A DNA stretch of 64,000 nt from Eledone cirrhosa (GCA_964016885.1 OZ024742.1:259594001-259658000), one strand, 5' to 3'. Positions 1 to 14,069 are shown, counted from the first letter of the stretch. Translations and numbers: made by a program. Notes: generated by a model not told the origin, from the sequence alone.

Positions 1-493
1 ATCTCATTCAACTAAAACGTACGCTCATTCAACTAAAAGTATTAGTACGCTCAGATAATATTGCTAAAAAAATAAGATATTTTATAGTTGTGCTGCTTTA
101 TTAAGATAGAAGGACATATTGGGACATAACAGCACATAATATATCATAGTCTCTGTTTATAATATATAAAGCAAGACCTTGATTGCTAAAACGTGAGAAA
201 TGTGCCCGGCCATTTTTTCAGCGTAAAGTAATGCGGTTCTAAATTATGGAAACCTTGAATAAAATGGCTGCAAGCTATTTTTTCTTCGTTATCGATATTC
301 CATCTCCATGAAGGTGAAAGGATCACTGACCTTCAATATATAATCAAAGAGAATTATCTATATATTCTGGCATACACATCTCATAGAAACTATTAAATAA
401 TATCTTCCATTGTATCTCAAAAATGTGTATTCAAGTGAAATCTATCTTGACGTCGTTCGCGTTTTCTCTTTCTCTGTCTATCTTTCTCTCTCC

Positions 494-571
<78 letters not shown>

Positions 572-1098
572 GTGTATATGTGAGTATGTGTGTGTATGTG
601 TGTCTGTGTGTGTGTACTGTATATGGGCAAAGCAAATAAAACAAAATAAACACACGGATATAAAAATACAAAGTGTTATTAGCATCACGCTTGATGGAAG
701 TGGGGTGGGTTCGGCGCTACTGAAGGAAGTCCTTCGTCATTAAATGGAGAGTTGGGATAGGGAGAGAACGTGTAGGTACATGAATGTTTGGAAAAGATTG
801 GTAAGAAGGCTGGAGGTGGTAGGCGAATGGTCCGGCATTCCGAAATGGGGGCCGAAGTGCAAGGTCCAGGTGTGTCATGGGACCAGTTTCAAGACGTAAT
901 CATGTTGAAGCAAAATGGCGAATGGTGTTTAAGACTATGTAGTTAAGGTCACTATTGATTCGGTTAGGCCACGTAGTGTAGTTGCAAGTCCGCAACAGCA
1001 GATGAATGCGTTAACTCTGATTGATGCTAATGATAACTACTGTATGTTAGTGGGCGCTATACATTGTACCTATTGTGTTATTATTTCTGTTTACCTTT

Positions 1099-1188
<90 letters not shown>

Positions 1189-1191
<3 letters not shown>

Positions 1192-1644
1192 CGTATTCCT
1201 AAAGAAACACGGTTTTAAAAGAAGCCGTAGCTATGCAATCACCGGAGCTGACGCCCTCTGGTGGTGTCCAGCAGAATCAAGGGGAACAATCGTCTATGCA
1301 TTTCAGGCTTGACTGGCCTTCTTCAGGACAGTCCCTCCCACGGCTTGCAACTGCTTGACTTGGAAACAGTCGAGAATATATAGTTTTCTCGTCTGTGTAA
1401 ATTAGGTGATTAATCTCATTTGTATATGAAGCTGCATAAGTTGGCTCAACTTATAATAGAATAGAAATAGTATTTCGCTTCAAGCATAGCGTTATACAAA
1501 TAAGTATAGACATTTCGTATTTCTAAAGAAACACGGTTTTAAGAAGCCGCAGCTATGCAAACACCGGGGCTAACCCCCTCTGGTGGTGTCCAGCAGAAGC
1601 AAGGGGGACAAGCGTCTATGTATTTTAGGCTTGACTGGCCTTCT
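1189..1644 (-). repeat. Tandem direct repeat of PLE terminus (pLTR-like), about 135 bp units at 1189-1323 and 1513-1644
   Basis: Both copies read ttcgtatt.ctaaagaaacacggtttt...ccctctggtggtgtccagcagaa...aggcttgactggccttctt. Confidence 0.85.
1291..1330 (-). ncRNA. Minimal type-I hammerhead ribozyme
   Basis: Reverse complement is TGTC CTGAAGA AGGC-CAGTCAA-GCCT GAAA TGCA TA^GACG, with an intact core, stem II and palindromic stem III ATGCAT. The second copy (about 1613-1648) has a mutated core. Confidence 0.85.
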
Positions 1645-2435
1645 TGACTGTTTTCAAGTCCAGCGGTTGCAAGCGCAGACACGAAAAATGAAAAAATGCA
1701 CCACCAAACAAAGACAAGATGGCACAGAAATTTAAAACCAGGCAAAAGAGTGGGCGCAAAACAGAGAGCCATTGTGGAGGTCACAAACGTCATTACAATT
1801 TACAATGTTATTAGTTATTTTTCTTGTACAGTTAGAATGCTATATGTTATGTGAGTGGAAAATTATCTAATAGGTAGTAGTAAGTAGATTTATTTTTCTC
1901 TTTTACAATTATGTTATTAACATTAGGCCATATAAAGCTATACTTTAATTAATACTGGGGTATAAATTTAGATTACTTCTCTACTTGGAATTTTATAAGT
2001 AAAAAATTGTTAGTTTAAGTTAGATTAGATCAGATTATTGTTAAATTGTTAAATTGTTAAATTATATCTATAATATTTTTTAATATTTATTTTTACTAGG
2101 GACTATCATAAGTACAATTAAAGCTCCTAACGAATCATGATGTACTTGTATATAAAAAGATATCCACCCAAGTATACAAAGAAAAATATATATATCCATT
2201 CATCTACTTGAATACTCATATATATTTTTTTACGGACTCATACGCGCGTATTCTAGTAAGACTTCTCATACAGCAAAATATTGTATAACATAATACTATA
2301 CGACACAACATCGTATTGTACACATTATAATTATATTATTTTTGGTTGCATTCTTCAATTCCATATTATACTGTGTCTAATATAGGGTGTGTATTTAGGT
2401 CAAGTCTGTATATGGAATTCTATGAATAAAGGTTT

Positions 2436-3519
2436 CTTCGTCTTCGCCACTTATTCCTGAGAGAGTCGTAAGAGCAGATTCCTCAAACACTACTTCCAGC
2501 GGGTCCTGTCAAAAGAAACCGTCTCCATCTGATATGCCTGGATTCCCAGACGAGACCAGCCAAGCTCATAGATGTTGTCCAACCAACTTTCTCGGGGTCT
2601 GCCCCTGGTTCTCTTGCCGGTTGGTTTTGCCCTTAAACTCTGTCCAGCGATTCTTTTCTGAGATATTCTAACCACATTCCCATAGTATCGGAGCTGACTC
2701 TGATCTACGAGCTACACAGTCTATCGAGTAACCGGAGACCCTTCGAAGGAATCTCATATCAGCCGCTTGTATTTGCGACCGTATTCTTTCAATCATTACA
2801 CAAGTGTTGGCAGAATACCGAATTGAAGGTAGCGTGTTTGGCTTTTATACCTACCTCCCTTTTTCTGACGATAGAATGCTGAACCTGGGGCATTACTGCA
2901 CCAGTTGCTGCAATTCTTGCACTTACATCAGCCTCTTGGGATCGCTGATCAGCTTCTTGCTGCCCTGGTGTCTCTATACGAATGCCCAAATATTTGTGTT
3001 CGGATAAATGGCACTAAATGGAAATCATTAAATGTGGGAGTCGGAATCCATCAAAGGTGCGTACTTTCATCTCTCCTGTCCATTATTTACAAGGGCGGTG
3101 GATTGGCAGTATCGGTAGAGAGTCGGACGCCATGCTTTGTAGCAAGGAGTTACGGCTCTTTATAGTCTGAGTTCAAATCCCGCCGAGGTTAACTTTGCCT
3201 TTCATCATCAAAGGGTCTATAAAATAAAGTACCAGTAATACACTGGGATAAATGCTGGCTTTGTGCCAAAAGTAGAAACAATTATTTGCAGGAACAGGAT
3301 TGAAATGCGCAGCCAGATTGGAAGTGGCATCATGACTGGCGGTTATAATATCGTCATGATGTTACTTAACTCGACAGAAGGTAATTTCCGATGTGCACTC
3401 GGTAGGTTTGATGCCGAATTCTTCATGGCTGGAATGTAGTGCACTCTACTTGTGAATGAAGTTTCACTGAAACAGGTAGAGAAGTTTAAGTACCTCAGGG
3501 CCATTTTCTCTAGTGATGA
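2436..3519 (-). mobile_element. 5'-truncated RTE-clade LINE with 5' inversion
   Basis: Minus 2436-2937 gives QEADVSARI...RAKPTGKRTRGRPRESWLDNI. Plus 2938-3519 gives GIADQLLAALVSLY..VRING..GIHQRCVLSSLL..QVEKFKYLRAIFSSD. Candidate TSD is atgaataaa(ggt/aac)ttc at 2422 and 3516. Confidence 0.85.
3093..3287 (+). mobile_element. tRNA-derived CORE-SINE (octopus OR-like) inserted in the RTE
   Basis: A-box-like tggcagtatcgg, B-box gagttcaaatcc, CORE-like gcctttcatc..ataaaataaagtaccag, and tail agtagaaacaattatt. Confidence 0.85.
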
Positions 3520-4220
3520 ATAAAAACTTCTATTCAAAATCAGATTCTAATGAGCTAAGGTCAGACCTCTGTTGGAATATATCTATATTACATGTACTTT
3601 CAAAATATATAGAGAAAAGTATATTCACAAGTAGTTCAGAAAAGATTTTAATCACAGTTATATATGCATTCAAATATCTAATCATATCTATAGATAGATA
3701 TTATATGTGCCTGATACTAAGTAGGCCCAACCCCTACACATCAATATACATTCAAACATATCTACTCAGTCTGTTGGCTAGAACACTTGATAGAATAATA
3801 GAGTAATATTACATTTAACTATAGATCTGTTAAATTGTTATTTGATTAAAGTTTAGATAGCATAATTATTTCGATATTTACTATAATAGAAGGATTGAGA
3901 ACATTTACCGGGGCAGGTGGAAAGAATATCAGATGTTCTGTTAAAGATTATCAGTTTGGAATATAAATTATAGAGACATTCAGAAAAACACAAGTTATAT
4001 CTTTTACTTCCACGTTAGTAAGAATGGGCAACTTTTAGAATCTTCCAATAGAGAACTCAGTATTGACTTCTGTGAGATCCCATATATACCGAGCTAAAGA
4101 AGTTAAGCTATTAAGTATTTTTCCTTTTTAAAAGGTGGTGGTGCATATACAACTTTACATATAAAAAGATTTACGGCTATCCGAAGTGACATCTATATAT
4201 ATATCGTGCTATTATTATTT

Positions 4221-4580
4221 AGTGAATTGGCAGTATCGGTAGAGGGTCGGACACCATGCTTTGACGCATAGAGTTACGGCTCTTGCCATTCTAAGTTCAA
4301 ATCCCGCCGAGGTTAACTTTGCCTTTCATCCTTATGGGGTCGATAATATAAAGTACCAGTAATGTACTGGTTAATTGCTGGCCTTGTGCCATAGTAGAAA
4401 CAATTATTTGTGGATAACGCTAGCCATGCTTTGATGCATAGCGTTACGGCCCTTGCCATTCTGAGTTCAAATCCCGCCGAGGTTAACTTTGCCTTTCACC
4501 CTTCCGGGGTCGATAAAATAAAGTACCAGTAATGAACTGGATAATTGCTGGCCTTGTCCCAAAAGTAGAAACAATTATTT
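4221..4580 (+). mobile_element. Two tandem CORE-SINE copies (4221-4409 and 4423-4580)
   Basis: Same head, CORE and tail as the 3093 copy. Confidence 0.85.
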
Positions 4581-4817
4581 GTGGATAAAGTAGATTCTTA
4601 TTGTATTTACCCGTCTATCAATTTGTAATTGGTAAACATTATTCTTCTCCTTTTCCTGGGGATATACGAGTTATAAGTATTATATATTGGGATGATAACT
4701 AAGGATTTCCAGTTGATCTACAAATGTATGTTCCATTGTAGCCGTATTGAATCGGACGGAGAAATAAAGGGATAAATGTAAGTTGTTAAATTTGGTATAT
4801 ATATATATACGTATATG

Positions 4818-4859
<42 letters not shown>

Positions 4860-4959
4860 AGTGTGCGTGTGTGTGTATGTGTATGTATACACACAAAGGA
4901 CGGAAGAACTCATAAGAGTCAACGGCCATCCAAAAGTGTGTAAATATGTATATACACAT

Positions 4960-5275
4960 GTACCGCGCGGTTAAACCACTGGGAGTGAAGGTCCCCTAGC
5001 CTTTGTCAGGGCATTCTTCTAGGAGAAGGCAACTCAGGAAACTGGGATAACTCCGATATAAACCTGCGGCTCAGTAGTTACTGATGATGTTGATCTCTTC
5101 TCTTTTGGGGTTATAGCTCCTGTCGCTCAGAGAGTGGGATTGGCTCAGTGCACAGTCTTTCCTCACTTTAAAAAATATCTTCACGCACAGGCATTGCACG
5201 ATAGAATTAATTAATAATTATTAATAATGGTATATCGTGCAATGGCCATACGCGCTAACGAGGGGGCAGCTATCA
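4960..5275 (+). mobile_element. Non-coding repeat resembling an RTE 5'UTR-derived element
   Basis: Contains a ctaggagaaggcaactc motif and a hairpin attgcacgata..tatcgtgcaat, and is flanked by TA tracts. Confidence 0.35.
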
Positions 5276-5529
5276 TATGTATATGTACATATATATATAT
5301 ATATAATTATATATATATATGTGTGTATATATATATAAGTATATGAATTTGTTTTGCAATATTATTACAGCAACATTAACTTTGCCTTTCATCCTTACGA
5401 GGTCGATAAAATAAAGTACCAGTAATGTACTGGGTATTTGCTGGCCTTGTGCCTAAAGTAGAAACAATTATTACAACATGACCCTCTCCAAGTATAACAA
5501 TATGTATATAAGTATAAATAAATATTTAT

Positions 5530-5656
5530 GTATGTAAATACATATGCATCTAAATATATATGTATATATATATTTACATATGTGTGTGTGTATATATATA
5601 TATATATATGTGTGTGTGTATGTATATATATATATATATATATCTGTGTATATACA

Positions 5657-5745
<89 letters not shown>

Positions 5746-5804
5746 GTGTGTATATATATATACGTGTGTATTTATTTATATACGCGTGTATTTTTATATA
5801 TATG

Positions 5805-5857
<53 letters not shown>

Positions 5858-5900
5858 TTATATATGTATATATGTATATATGTATAGACAGATAGATATG
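5530..5900. repeat. Compound (TA)n/(TG)n microsatellite, representative of dozens in the window
   Basis: Directly visible. Similar arrays lie at e.g. 503-567, 13955-14095, 38615-38905 and 60135-60660. Confidence 0.95.
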
Positions 5901-6298
5901 TGAGTGTGTGTTCATGTCTGTTTTCGTTTGAGTCTTTGTTCATGTCTCATAACTTAATGGTTTGTCAATAAATACAGCGACATCATCGGAACCAGCCATG
6001 AAAATATCGACTGATGTCAGTGTGATCGACTAAACCAAGCTGATGCCCCAGCATGACCGTATTCTAATGATTGAAACAAGTAAAGGTTAAATGAAGTCAA
6101 GAAAATTATTGAATATATTAAATAGATGCATCGTTCCTAAGTCGTTCGTAAATGTCTGGCGCCATTATAAGTAGAGAAAGAAGCTGCAACGTACACAACA
6201 AACTGACCCATGGTATATTTAGGCGCAAACCTCGCAATATTCCATGATAAAATGCGATGGAGGTTACTTTTAAAGTCGAGATGTCAAAAGACTCATTC

Positions 6299-6335
<37 letters not shown>

Positions 6336-6739
6336 CACATATATATATATACTCACATATGTATGTATATATATACATATATGTATACATATTTATATAT
6401 ATATAAATATATATATAATATATATATTTACAGGCACACACACTCACACACATACACACTCACATCCACACACACACTCACACGCACACACACATACACA
6501 CATATATATATATATATATATGATGCATTCACTAAGGATCTATCACATCCAGCATCAAAATACGCTGGCAGATATTTGTAGACACTTTAACAAACATATG
6601 TGCTAAACATCAAGATCTCTCAAGAAAACCAAGTGTAGATTCCAAAAAGACAGAAAAGCTATTATCAGAAAAATATAAATAACAAACAAAAATACTGCCA
6701 ACAGCAACACACACCTTCGACTGCTACTGCACTACTCGA

Positions 6740-8072
6740 ATAAAAAAATATATATAATCTACAACAATGCATGAAGAACATTATCATTAACCAAAGAAGA
6801 GCTGAGGAGGAATGGGTCATTGAGAAAATCAATCTCAATCCCAAATTGTTCTTTTCATTTTCTAAAAACCACATGGTCACTGACTCCACTGTTGGCCCTC
6901 TGATTCATGAAGACGACACTCTCCGAGGCAATGATACAACCATAGGTGATATACTGTAGAAACTATGAAATCCTGAAATGGCTGATCTATGCTGTTACAT
7001 TGGCGTTAATCCCCAACACATAATATCTGAGATAACTTTTGGCGCCACTGATGTCTTAGCGGCAATAAACGGAATTAAAAACAACTCACGAGTAGGCCGC
7101 GATATGTTCTCTGCTAGTCTCCTGAAGATGTATCGACACCAACTTGCATCTTCTTTAGCTAATCTGTGGAGAAGCTTAGTGGATGCTTGTTATATATCTG
7201 AGAATTTTCTATCCCGTCTCTTGTCTCATTTTAACAAGTCCCCTGTTGTGTATTACCGTCTGATCTCACTCACAGTGAGATCGCGAATAACTCCCTTTAT
7301 TGAATAACTCCCTTTATTGAACGCAACTATCTGCTGAATTCCAACCAACATAGGTTCCTTAATGGAAGGGATTGCATAACGCAGCTACTACATCAATGTG
7401 ATGACATTTTGAGAGCTTTGTGAAGGGGCTCCAACACTCATGTCAAATACCTTGACTTCAGCAAGGACATTGACCTTGATTCATGACAATATCCTATTGA
7501 AAAAAACTATGCAGCATGCGTGTGTCTGCAAACTTAATACAATGGAATAAGTGTTTCTTGACAAACAGAACCAAACATGTGGTAGTTGAAGTAGTACAAT
7601 TAAGCCCAGTCAACGTCAGTTGTGGCGTCACGCAAGGCCTTGTGTTTGGGCCAACCTCTCTCCATTATCTATATCAATGACATTATGGACGTTATCAACC
7701 ACAGCAACATCTTTGTTGATGATTGATTCCAAGCTCCAGAAAGGCATCAATGGAGTGGGAGACAGTATATGCCTTCAATCAGATCTACTTATCCAATGGG
7801 CGGAAAAAACAATAGGTTACTGAACGAGAATAAATATGAACTAATCCACTTAAAACATAAAAACAGAAACAGATTCCATAAAATTCAAAACGTTTTTGTA
7901 CAAAGAAATTGCGGATAAACCCGCTATACGCAAATATGTCTCCGAAAAAGAAATAATAACTTTCTGCTTGAGTGGACCATGTTGTCAAAATCATGATTTG
8001 AAATACATCATCAGGTGAGGCTATTAAGTTAGACATGGCCTGAGCCAATACTGACCGACGTCTATCAAAGTT
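6740..8072 (+). mobile_element. Degraded CR1/L2-group LINE ORF2 fragment and 3' end
   Basis: KINLNPKLFFSFSK, EITFGATDVLAAINGIKNNS..GRDMFSASLLK, NQHRF..GRDCITQLL, YLDFSK, QGLVFGP. The 3' motif ctattaagttagacatggcctg recurs at 60185-60240. Confidence 0.75.
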
Positions 8073-8094
8073 ATATATATATATATATATATAT

Positions 8095-8498
8095 ATTTAA
8101 AGATTAAACAAGGTTCAATGAATAAATCAAAGAATGAGTTTTACAATAGATTGGAAGCACTCCACAGGATTGGTTTTCCGGAGTAATTAATATTAATTCA
8201 AAATATTAACAAAAATAGACATTTGTGTGTTCAAATATTTTTTATTATACATATTTCAGAGGTACTGAGCTATCTTCAACAGTACGTCCTCATCAGATAA
8301 AATAAGATGATGCATGACATACCATGACTTAGTAGATGGTTAAGATTCAGTCATGGTATGACTGAATCTTAACTATGACTGGATCTTAACCATCTACTAA
8401 GTCAGGGTATGTCATGCATCATCTTATTTTATCTGATGAGGATGTACTGATAAAATATACTTGATCACACGATTGTCTATTTTTGTTAATATTTTGAA

Positions 8499-8503
<5 letters not shown>
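8095..8503 (-). mobile_element. Non-coding PLE-derived fold-back element in (TA)n
   Basis: Inverted arms at about 8191-8354 and 8375-8503, with a tail at 8095-8190. A related copy lies at 19830-20009. Confidence 0.8.
8240..8302 (-). ncRNA. Hammerhead ribozyme motif
   Basis: Reverse complement is TTTTAT CTGATGA GGACGTACTG..CAGTACCTCT GAAA TATGTA TA^ATAAAA. Confidence 0.75.
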
Positions 8504-8551
<48 letters not shown>

Positions 8552-8580
8552 TTCTTGAGTAAACCAATCTTAAAGAGAGA

Positions 8581-8657
<77 letters not shown>

Positions 8658-9296
8658 ATTGACATATATATATATATATATACATACACATATAAAAATG
8701 AGAAAACTCATCGCTAAAACACCCGTCAAAGCATAATCACCCTCATCAGCTCTCAAACCAGCAAGATGGTAAAATGGTTTCGCGCGATTTTATTGAGAGT
8801 AATATTTTAAAATATTGGATCGTGAAACAAAAAAATAAATCTTTCGGATGGTATGATGTGTTTGATAAAACAAACAGCATAAATACAAGGACAAAAGAAA
8901 ACAAAGAATAAGAAAATAATTGAAAAGTGGATCTCAAGCTGTGGTGTATGTCCTAAATAGAGAACTGATGAGGGTGAAGATGTGTGTATATAAACTTGTC
9001 TTTTACATCGCCTTTCTTTATTTCCTTCTTCCAGTCACTTCTATGCGCCAACAGCCTTCTCCTTGTCCTCATCTTCTTTCAGTCATTTCTATATTTCAGT
9101 GTATTCAGTCAGTGATACATACATATATGTGTGGGGGTGGCGTGCGTGTGTGTGTGTGTGCGTGTGTGTGTGTACGTGTGTTTGTGTGTACGTGTGAGCG
9201 TTTGTGTGTGTATGCAAAAGTCAAACAGAAATAACAAAGCAATCGTGCCTCGGGGGAAACTTTTTAGGTTAAAACCATGGTCCTTAGTGACCAATA

Positions 9297-9369
<73 letters not shown>

Positions 9370-10104
9370 AGGTTAACGGGACTGGCATAAGGTTCCCCTG
9401 CTAGTACCGGTTGCATCTCAGCTTACTCAATAGGTAAGTTTATGTATAAATCCCAGAGTAGACACAAAGTTATATGCCTCAATACAACACATAAATGGGT
9501 ACCATAAATTCATACGCGTACTCGAGATTGGCCACAATCAATGCAGCAAGAGAGCGTACAGCATCCACTGTCTTTCATTTATTATGCAATAATACACACT
9601 CGCTGCATGTAGCTTCTTCACCGGGTCTCGCCTAATCAAATCTATCGACTGGATTCGATTCCAGTCTGTGCTGTCTATGGCAGTTAGTGCGTCAGACGAC
9701 CCAGAAGTATATTAGTAACTGAAATCCTCCTGGGTCATCCAAATACCGTCAACCGATTGGCTACTAGTTCAGAAATTTACGTGATGGTAGGAGTCGAGAT
9801 TCAATACATCGACCCTTCGATATGCACATATGTATATATATATACACATATATTTATATATATATATATATACATTTATATATGTGTGTGTGTGTGTGTG
9901 TGTACATATCTCCCCCCCCCCCTCTCTATCTCTCTCTCCCTTTCTCTCTATCTCTGTATATATATATATAAAGTATAACAAGACGAAGTTTCTCAGTAAT
10001 GTTTTTATTGATTATCGACCAGTTACGTACGTTTCACAGATGGTTAGCTGAAGATCCATATTTGTGTTATAGACCCAATGCCAGCATGAATCTTCTATTA
10101 AAAC

Positions 10105-10230
10105 TTGTTAATCAAACTAAAACAAAATTTAATCTGAAATTAGTGTTGATGTTGGTACCACCTTTATTGAAGCTGGTACCAACATCAGCACTCAATTTCA
10201 GATTAAATTTTGTTTTAGCTTGATTAACAA
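10105..10230. repeat. Inverted repeat with about 55 bp arms, in a probable PLE-derived fragment (9965-10250)
   Basis: ttgttaatcaa.ctaaaacaaaatttaatctgaaatt..gttggtacca is followed by its reverse complement. A GAAACGTACGTA half-hammerhead lies nearby on the minus strand. Confidence 0.7.
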
Positions 10231-10509
10231 ATTACTGAGATTATTGAATAGACCAATGTGTGTGAGTGCGTACGTTTATATGTATATATGTATGCTTATG
10301 TCGGTGTATATAAACCATGTAGACCGACAGCTAAAATTTATTTCCACCAAAAATCCGAACATCAACCTAATATGAGGGATGTTATTGTGATAAAGTTTGT
10401 CTAAACTGTATGATGTGAATATTGCTTAACGCTGTAATATTAAATATTGTCGCATATTAAAATCTGCTTTAATATACAGGAATAATTTTTTTTTAATATC
10501 GTTATTAAT

Positions 10510-12533
10510 CTTCTTCTTCTCCTTCTTCTTCTTCTTTATAATATTATTGCTCGTAACGCTTTTGCTGTCAGATGGTATACATACACTATACCAAATGAGC
10601 GAGCCATAGCCGATGGCCATAGGTCCTTTGGGTCATTCCTTCTCCTTCAACTTTTCAACACCCCTCTTAGAGTCCTTCCTGTTCCTAACAAAGTTTTTTT
10701 TCTGCAGCAATCCCGTCCTAATGTCAATTCCTAGCTTCTCAAGCCATGCATCCAACATTTTACGTACTGCTCTCAGTGTGTCAACCATAGTCGATATCAC
10801 TTCTACGTGTTTGATTCTCCAAAGTTTCCTGATCTTTTTTGTCAGCTCCTGGTATTTCTTAACTTTATCATTTTCCTTCTCATTCATCCTGTGGTCCCAC
10901 GATGAAGCAATATCCACAAAAAAATTGCCTTGCTCTGCTTCTTCACTGTGACAACAATGTCTGGTTTTCTAACCACAATAAAATGGACGCACTGGATAGT
11001 CATGTCCCACAAGATCTTATACTGTTCATTTTCAGTGACCCTTTCCGGTTGTTCATACCATTTCTCACTTCAGCTGATATTATACATATGACAGCTTCCA
11101 TTGAAACAATCTGACAATGCTGTCGTGTCGTGCCTTCTCTTGCAAGCATTTGACATTCACTAATATTGTGGTTTATTGTCTCACCATTTCACCACACAGC
11201 CCACAATGTGAATAATTCACAGACTTGTCAATATTGAACTTGATATAGTTCGTTCTCAGTACCTGTTCCTGGGATTCGAAAATACGGGCCTCAGTTTCAA
11301 CTTTTAAGTCAATTTTCCTCGTCCATTCACAGTTCCTATCTTTGTCAACTGTCTCAGGCATTTCACATACGAACTGTCCATACATTTTTCCTTCCATCTA
11401 TTCAATGTGTCATTCTGTCTGTCTTGTTTGAATTCTCCATTTTCCTTTGTTTCATCACTGTTTAGTACCTTAATCTCTTTTACTCCTGGCATCAATCTCT
11501 GTTTTAAATTCTTTACATACCATGCCAGATTATATTCCTCCAACTTCACACACATTTCACGTCTAATGTGACCTCTTCGCCCTCTCTACCATGATAGATG
11601 ATACAACCGATCCACGTAACTTTGGTGTTGTGGGGCCCCTTGTAATGTCATCATTTTCCTGATTTTTCTGTCAACCTCCTTAAGTTCATCACATCTCAAC
11701 TCTATCACACCAATGCAATAACTTAGATCTTCAACAGCTCATGTTGATAGCTTGTATCTTATTCCTACCACTTAAATTCTTCTTTAACACCAACTCCAGT
11801 TCCGTTTATATTCCTTATCAAAGGTTTGTTACCAGGATGCCGAAGTACTTATACCCGTTGGCGGCAATTTCCTTCATAACTTGTCCGTCTGGTAATTTAA
11901 TTCCTTCCATCTTATCAAATCTACATCGCTTCAGTAGTAGCAACCCACACTTTTTTGTGCAAAATTCCATTCCTATGTCTGTACTGAATATATGAACTGT
12001 CTGTACAAGGGTAACAATATGTTCATATGATTTCTCATAAAATTTTACCTCATCCATGAACAACAGATGGTTTATCTTAAATTCGCGTCCTCCCCGCTCG
12101 TAACCAATCTTTGACCTCAACTCTAATGAAAGTTGAACCATACACAGTACAATCAGTAAAGGTGAAAGACTGTCTCTCTGACATATTCCTCTCTTGAAAT
12201 TCACAACTCCCAATGTTTGTCTACATGAGGTCAGTTCAGTTTTCCAACCATCCATACTGCTGACTAGAAACTGTCTAACGTTAGCTGCAATACCAAACAT
12301 TTTCAAACAAACTATTATCCAACTATGTCGCTCCATGTCGTAAACCTTGCAATAATCGATCCAGACCATGGCAAAATTTGTGTGTCTTCTTTTACAATAT
12401 TTAGGGATCATCATTTGATCCATAGTCCCCCGGCTTCTTATCTTACATCCCTTCTGCTTTGCAGATAGTGTCTACTTCAGGTATTTATACATTACATCAG
12501 CAAGGACACCTGTCATACGTTTCTACATAAGGG
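10510..12533 (-). mobile_element. R4/Dong-clade (RLE-type) non-LTR retrotransposon, 5'-truncated and degraded
   Basis: RT motifs [26 protein letters not shown] and [17 protein letters not shown] zinc knuckle, RHD motif, RLE KPDIV..DIASSWD..KENDKVKKYQEL, and a simple-repeat tail. Confidence 0.85.
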
Positions 12534-12577
12534 GGTGGCTAGAGATGAGTCCAAATTTGTCAACTGCATTTCCATTG

Positions 12578-12975
12578 CTGATTTAGGCACAACAATTTCT
12601 GAGGGAGGGGAAAGTCGATTAAATCGACCGCAGTACATTACTGGTACTTTATTTTATCAACCCCATAAGGGTGAAAGGCAAAGTAAACCTCGGCTGGATT
12701 TGAACTCAGAATGTAAAGTGACGTAATTCTATGCTGCAAAGCATGATGTCCGACGCTCTACTTCCCAATAATAATGATTTCTTCTATCAGCACAAGTCCA
12801 GCGCTTTTGGGGGTAGGAGGAAAATCGTTTAAATCGAGCCCAGTGCATTACTGGTGCTTTATTTTATCAACGCCGTAAGGATGAAAGGCAAAGCTAACCT
12901 CGGTGGTATTTGAACTCAGAACGTAAAGGGTCATAACTCTATGCTGCAAATCATGGTGTCTGACACTCTACCGAA
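12578..12975 (-). mobile_element. Two adjacent CORE-SINE copies
   Basis: Each reads ctggtactttattttatcaacccc..aaggcaaag.taacctcggc.ggatttgaactcag. Confidence 0.85.
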
Positions 12976-13102
12976 ATAATAATAATAGTGAAGAAGACGT
13001 TTACCATATAATTTTACACAGTTTAGCATTGGCTGTCTAATCTTGATAATCAACAATAACAGAAGGTTATCATTTGAAAAATTAGAGAGAGAAAGCGACT
13101 TT

Positions 13103-13166
<64 letters not shown>

Positions 13167-13617
13167 GAGAGAGGGGGGAGACAGAGAGAGAGAGGGTGAA
13201 TCAAAGCAGTAAAAACATATTTAAACTGAGGCTAAAAATAATAACATGGACGCCAGCATAGTTATTAGGATATGAAAGTAGAGAGAAAATCTGTTTGACG
13301 AACGTTTGCTAATATGGCTGGCAAACAACACTGTTAACGGAATTGTCAACAGGAACACACAGTAAAGTGGAGAGGGCGTGAAAGGCCTTACAGCGTATTC
13401 AGAGGCTATAATTACATAGGGGAAAATATCCAACCTTTTCAATTTTCCAATAGTTGTCTGCTCCTTAAAACGGTTTCTCTGTGTAAATATTTGTCTTTGC
13501 ATTTTCCCCAAACAAAGCTTGCTTCACAGAAACGAATATTGAATTGCAAGGTAGCAAGATGAAGCAAACAAGGCAAGCAGCAGGTTCAGACATTATTAGC
13601 TGTGTTGCAATCTATAA

Positions 13618-13955
13618 TAATAATTGTTTCTACTTTTGGCACAAGATCAGCAATTATCCCAGTGTATTACTGGTACTTTATTTTATTGACCCCGTAAGGA
13701 TGAAAGGCAAAGTTAACCTCGGCGGGATTTGAACTCAGATCATAAAGGGCCGTAACTCTTTGCTGCAAAGCATGGCGTCCGACCGTCTGATGATTTCTAC
13801 TATAGGCACGAAGCCAGAAATTTGGAGAGAGAGGTAAGTCGATTAAATCGACCTCATAGCGTCACTGGAGCTTTATTTATCGACTCCGTCCATAAGGATG
13901 AAAGGCAAAGCTAACTACAGCGGGATTTGAACTCAGAATGTAAACGCCCGTAACT
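13618..13955 (-). mobile_element. Two adjacent CORE-SINE copies, the second cut off by a (TA)n array
   Basis: CORE and B-box motifs on the minus strand. Confidence 0.85.
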
Positions 13956-13957
13956 AT

Positions 13958-14069
<112 letters not shown>

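Larger units (their letters stand above)
1189..4796 (-). mobile_element. Degraded Penelope-like retroelement (GIY-YIG, Naiad-like), interrupted by an RTE and SINEs
   Basis: Frameshifted minus-strand translation of about 3900-4220 gives TIYI..TSLARYIWDLTEVNTEFSI/WKILKVAHSY*RGSKRYNLCFSE..DILSTCP, and about 4640-4670 gives PRKRRRIMF. A long AT-rich 3' region ends in tandem repeats carrying a hammerhead. Confidence 0.75.

Noticed and set aside
8730-8756. CTGATGA GGGTGATTATGC half-hammerhead on the minus strand
   Set aside because: There is no matching second stem II strand or GAAA, so it is at best a truncated remnant.
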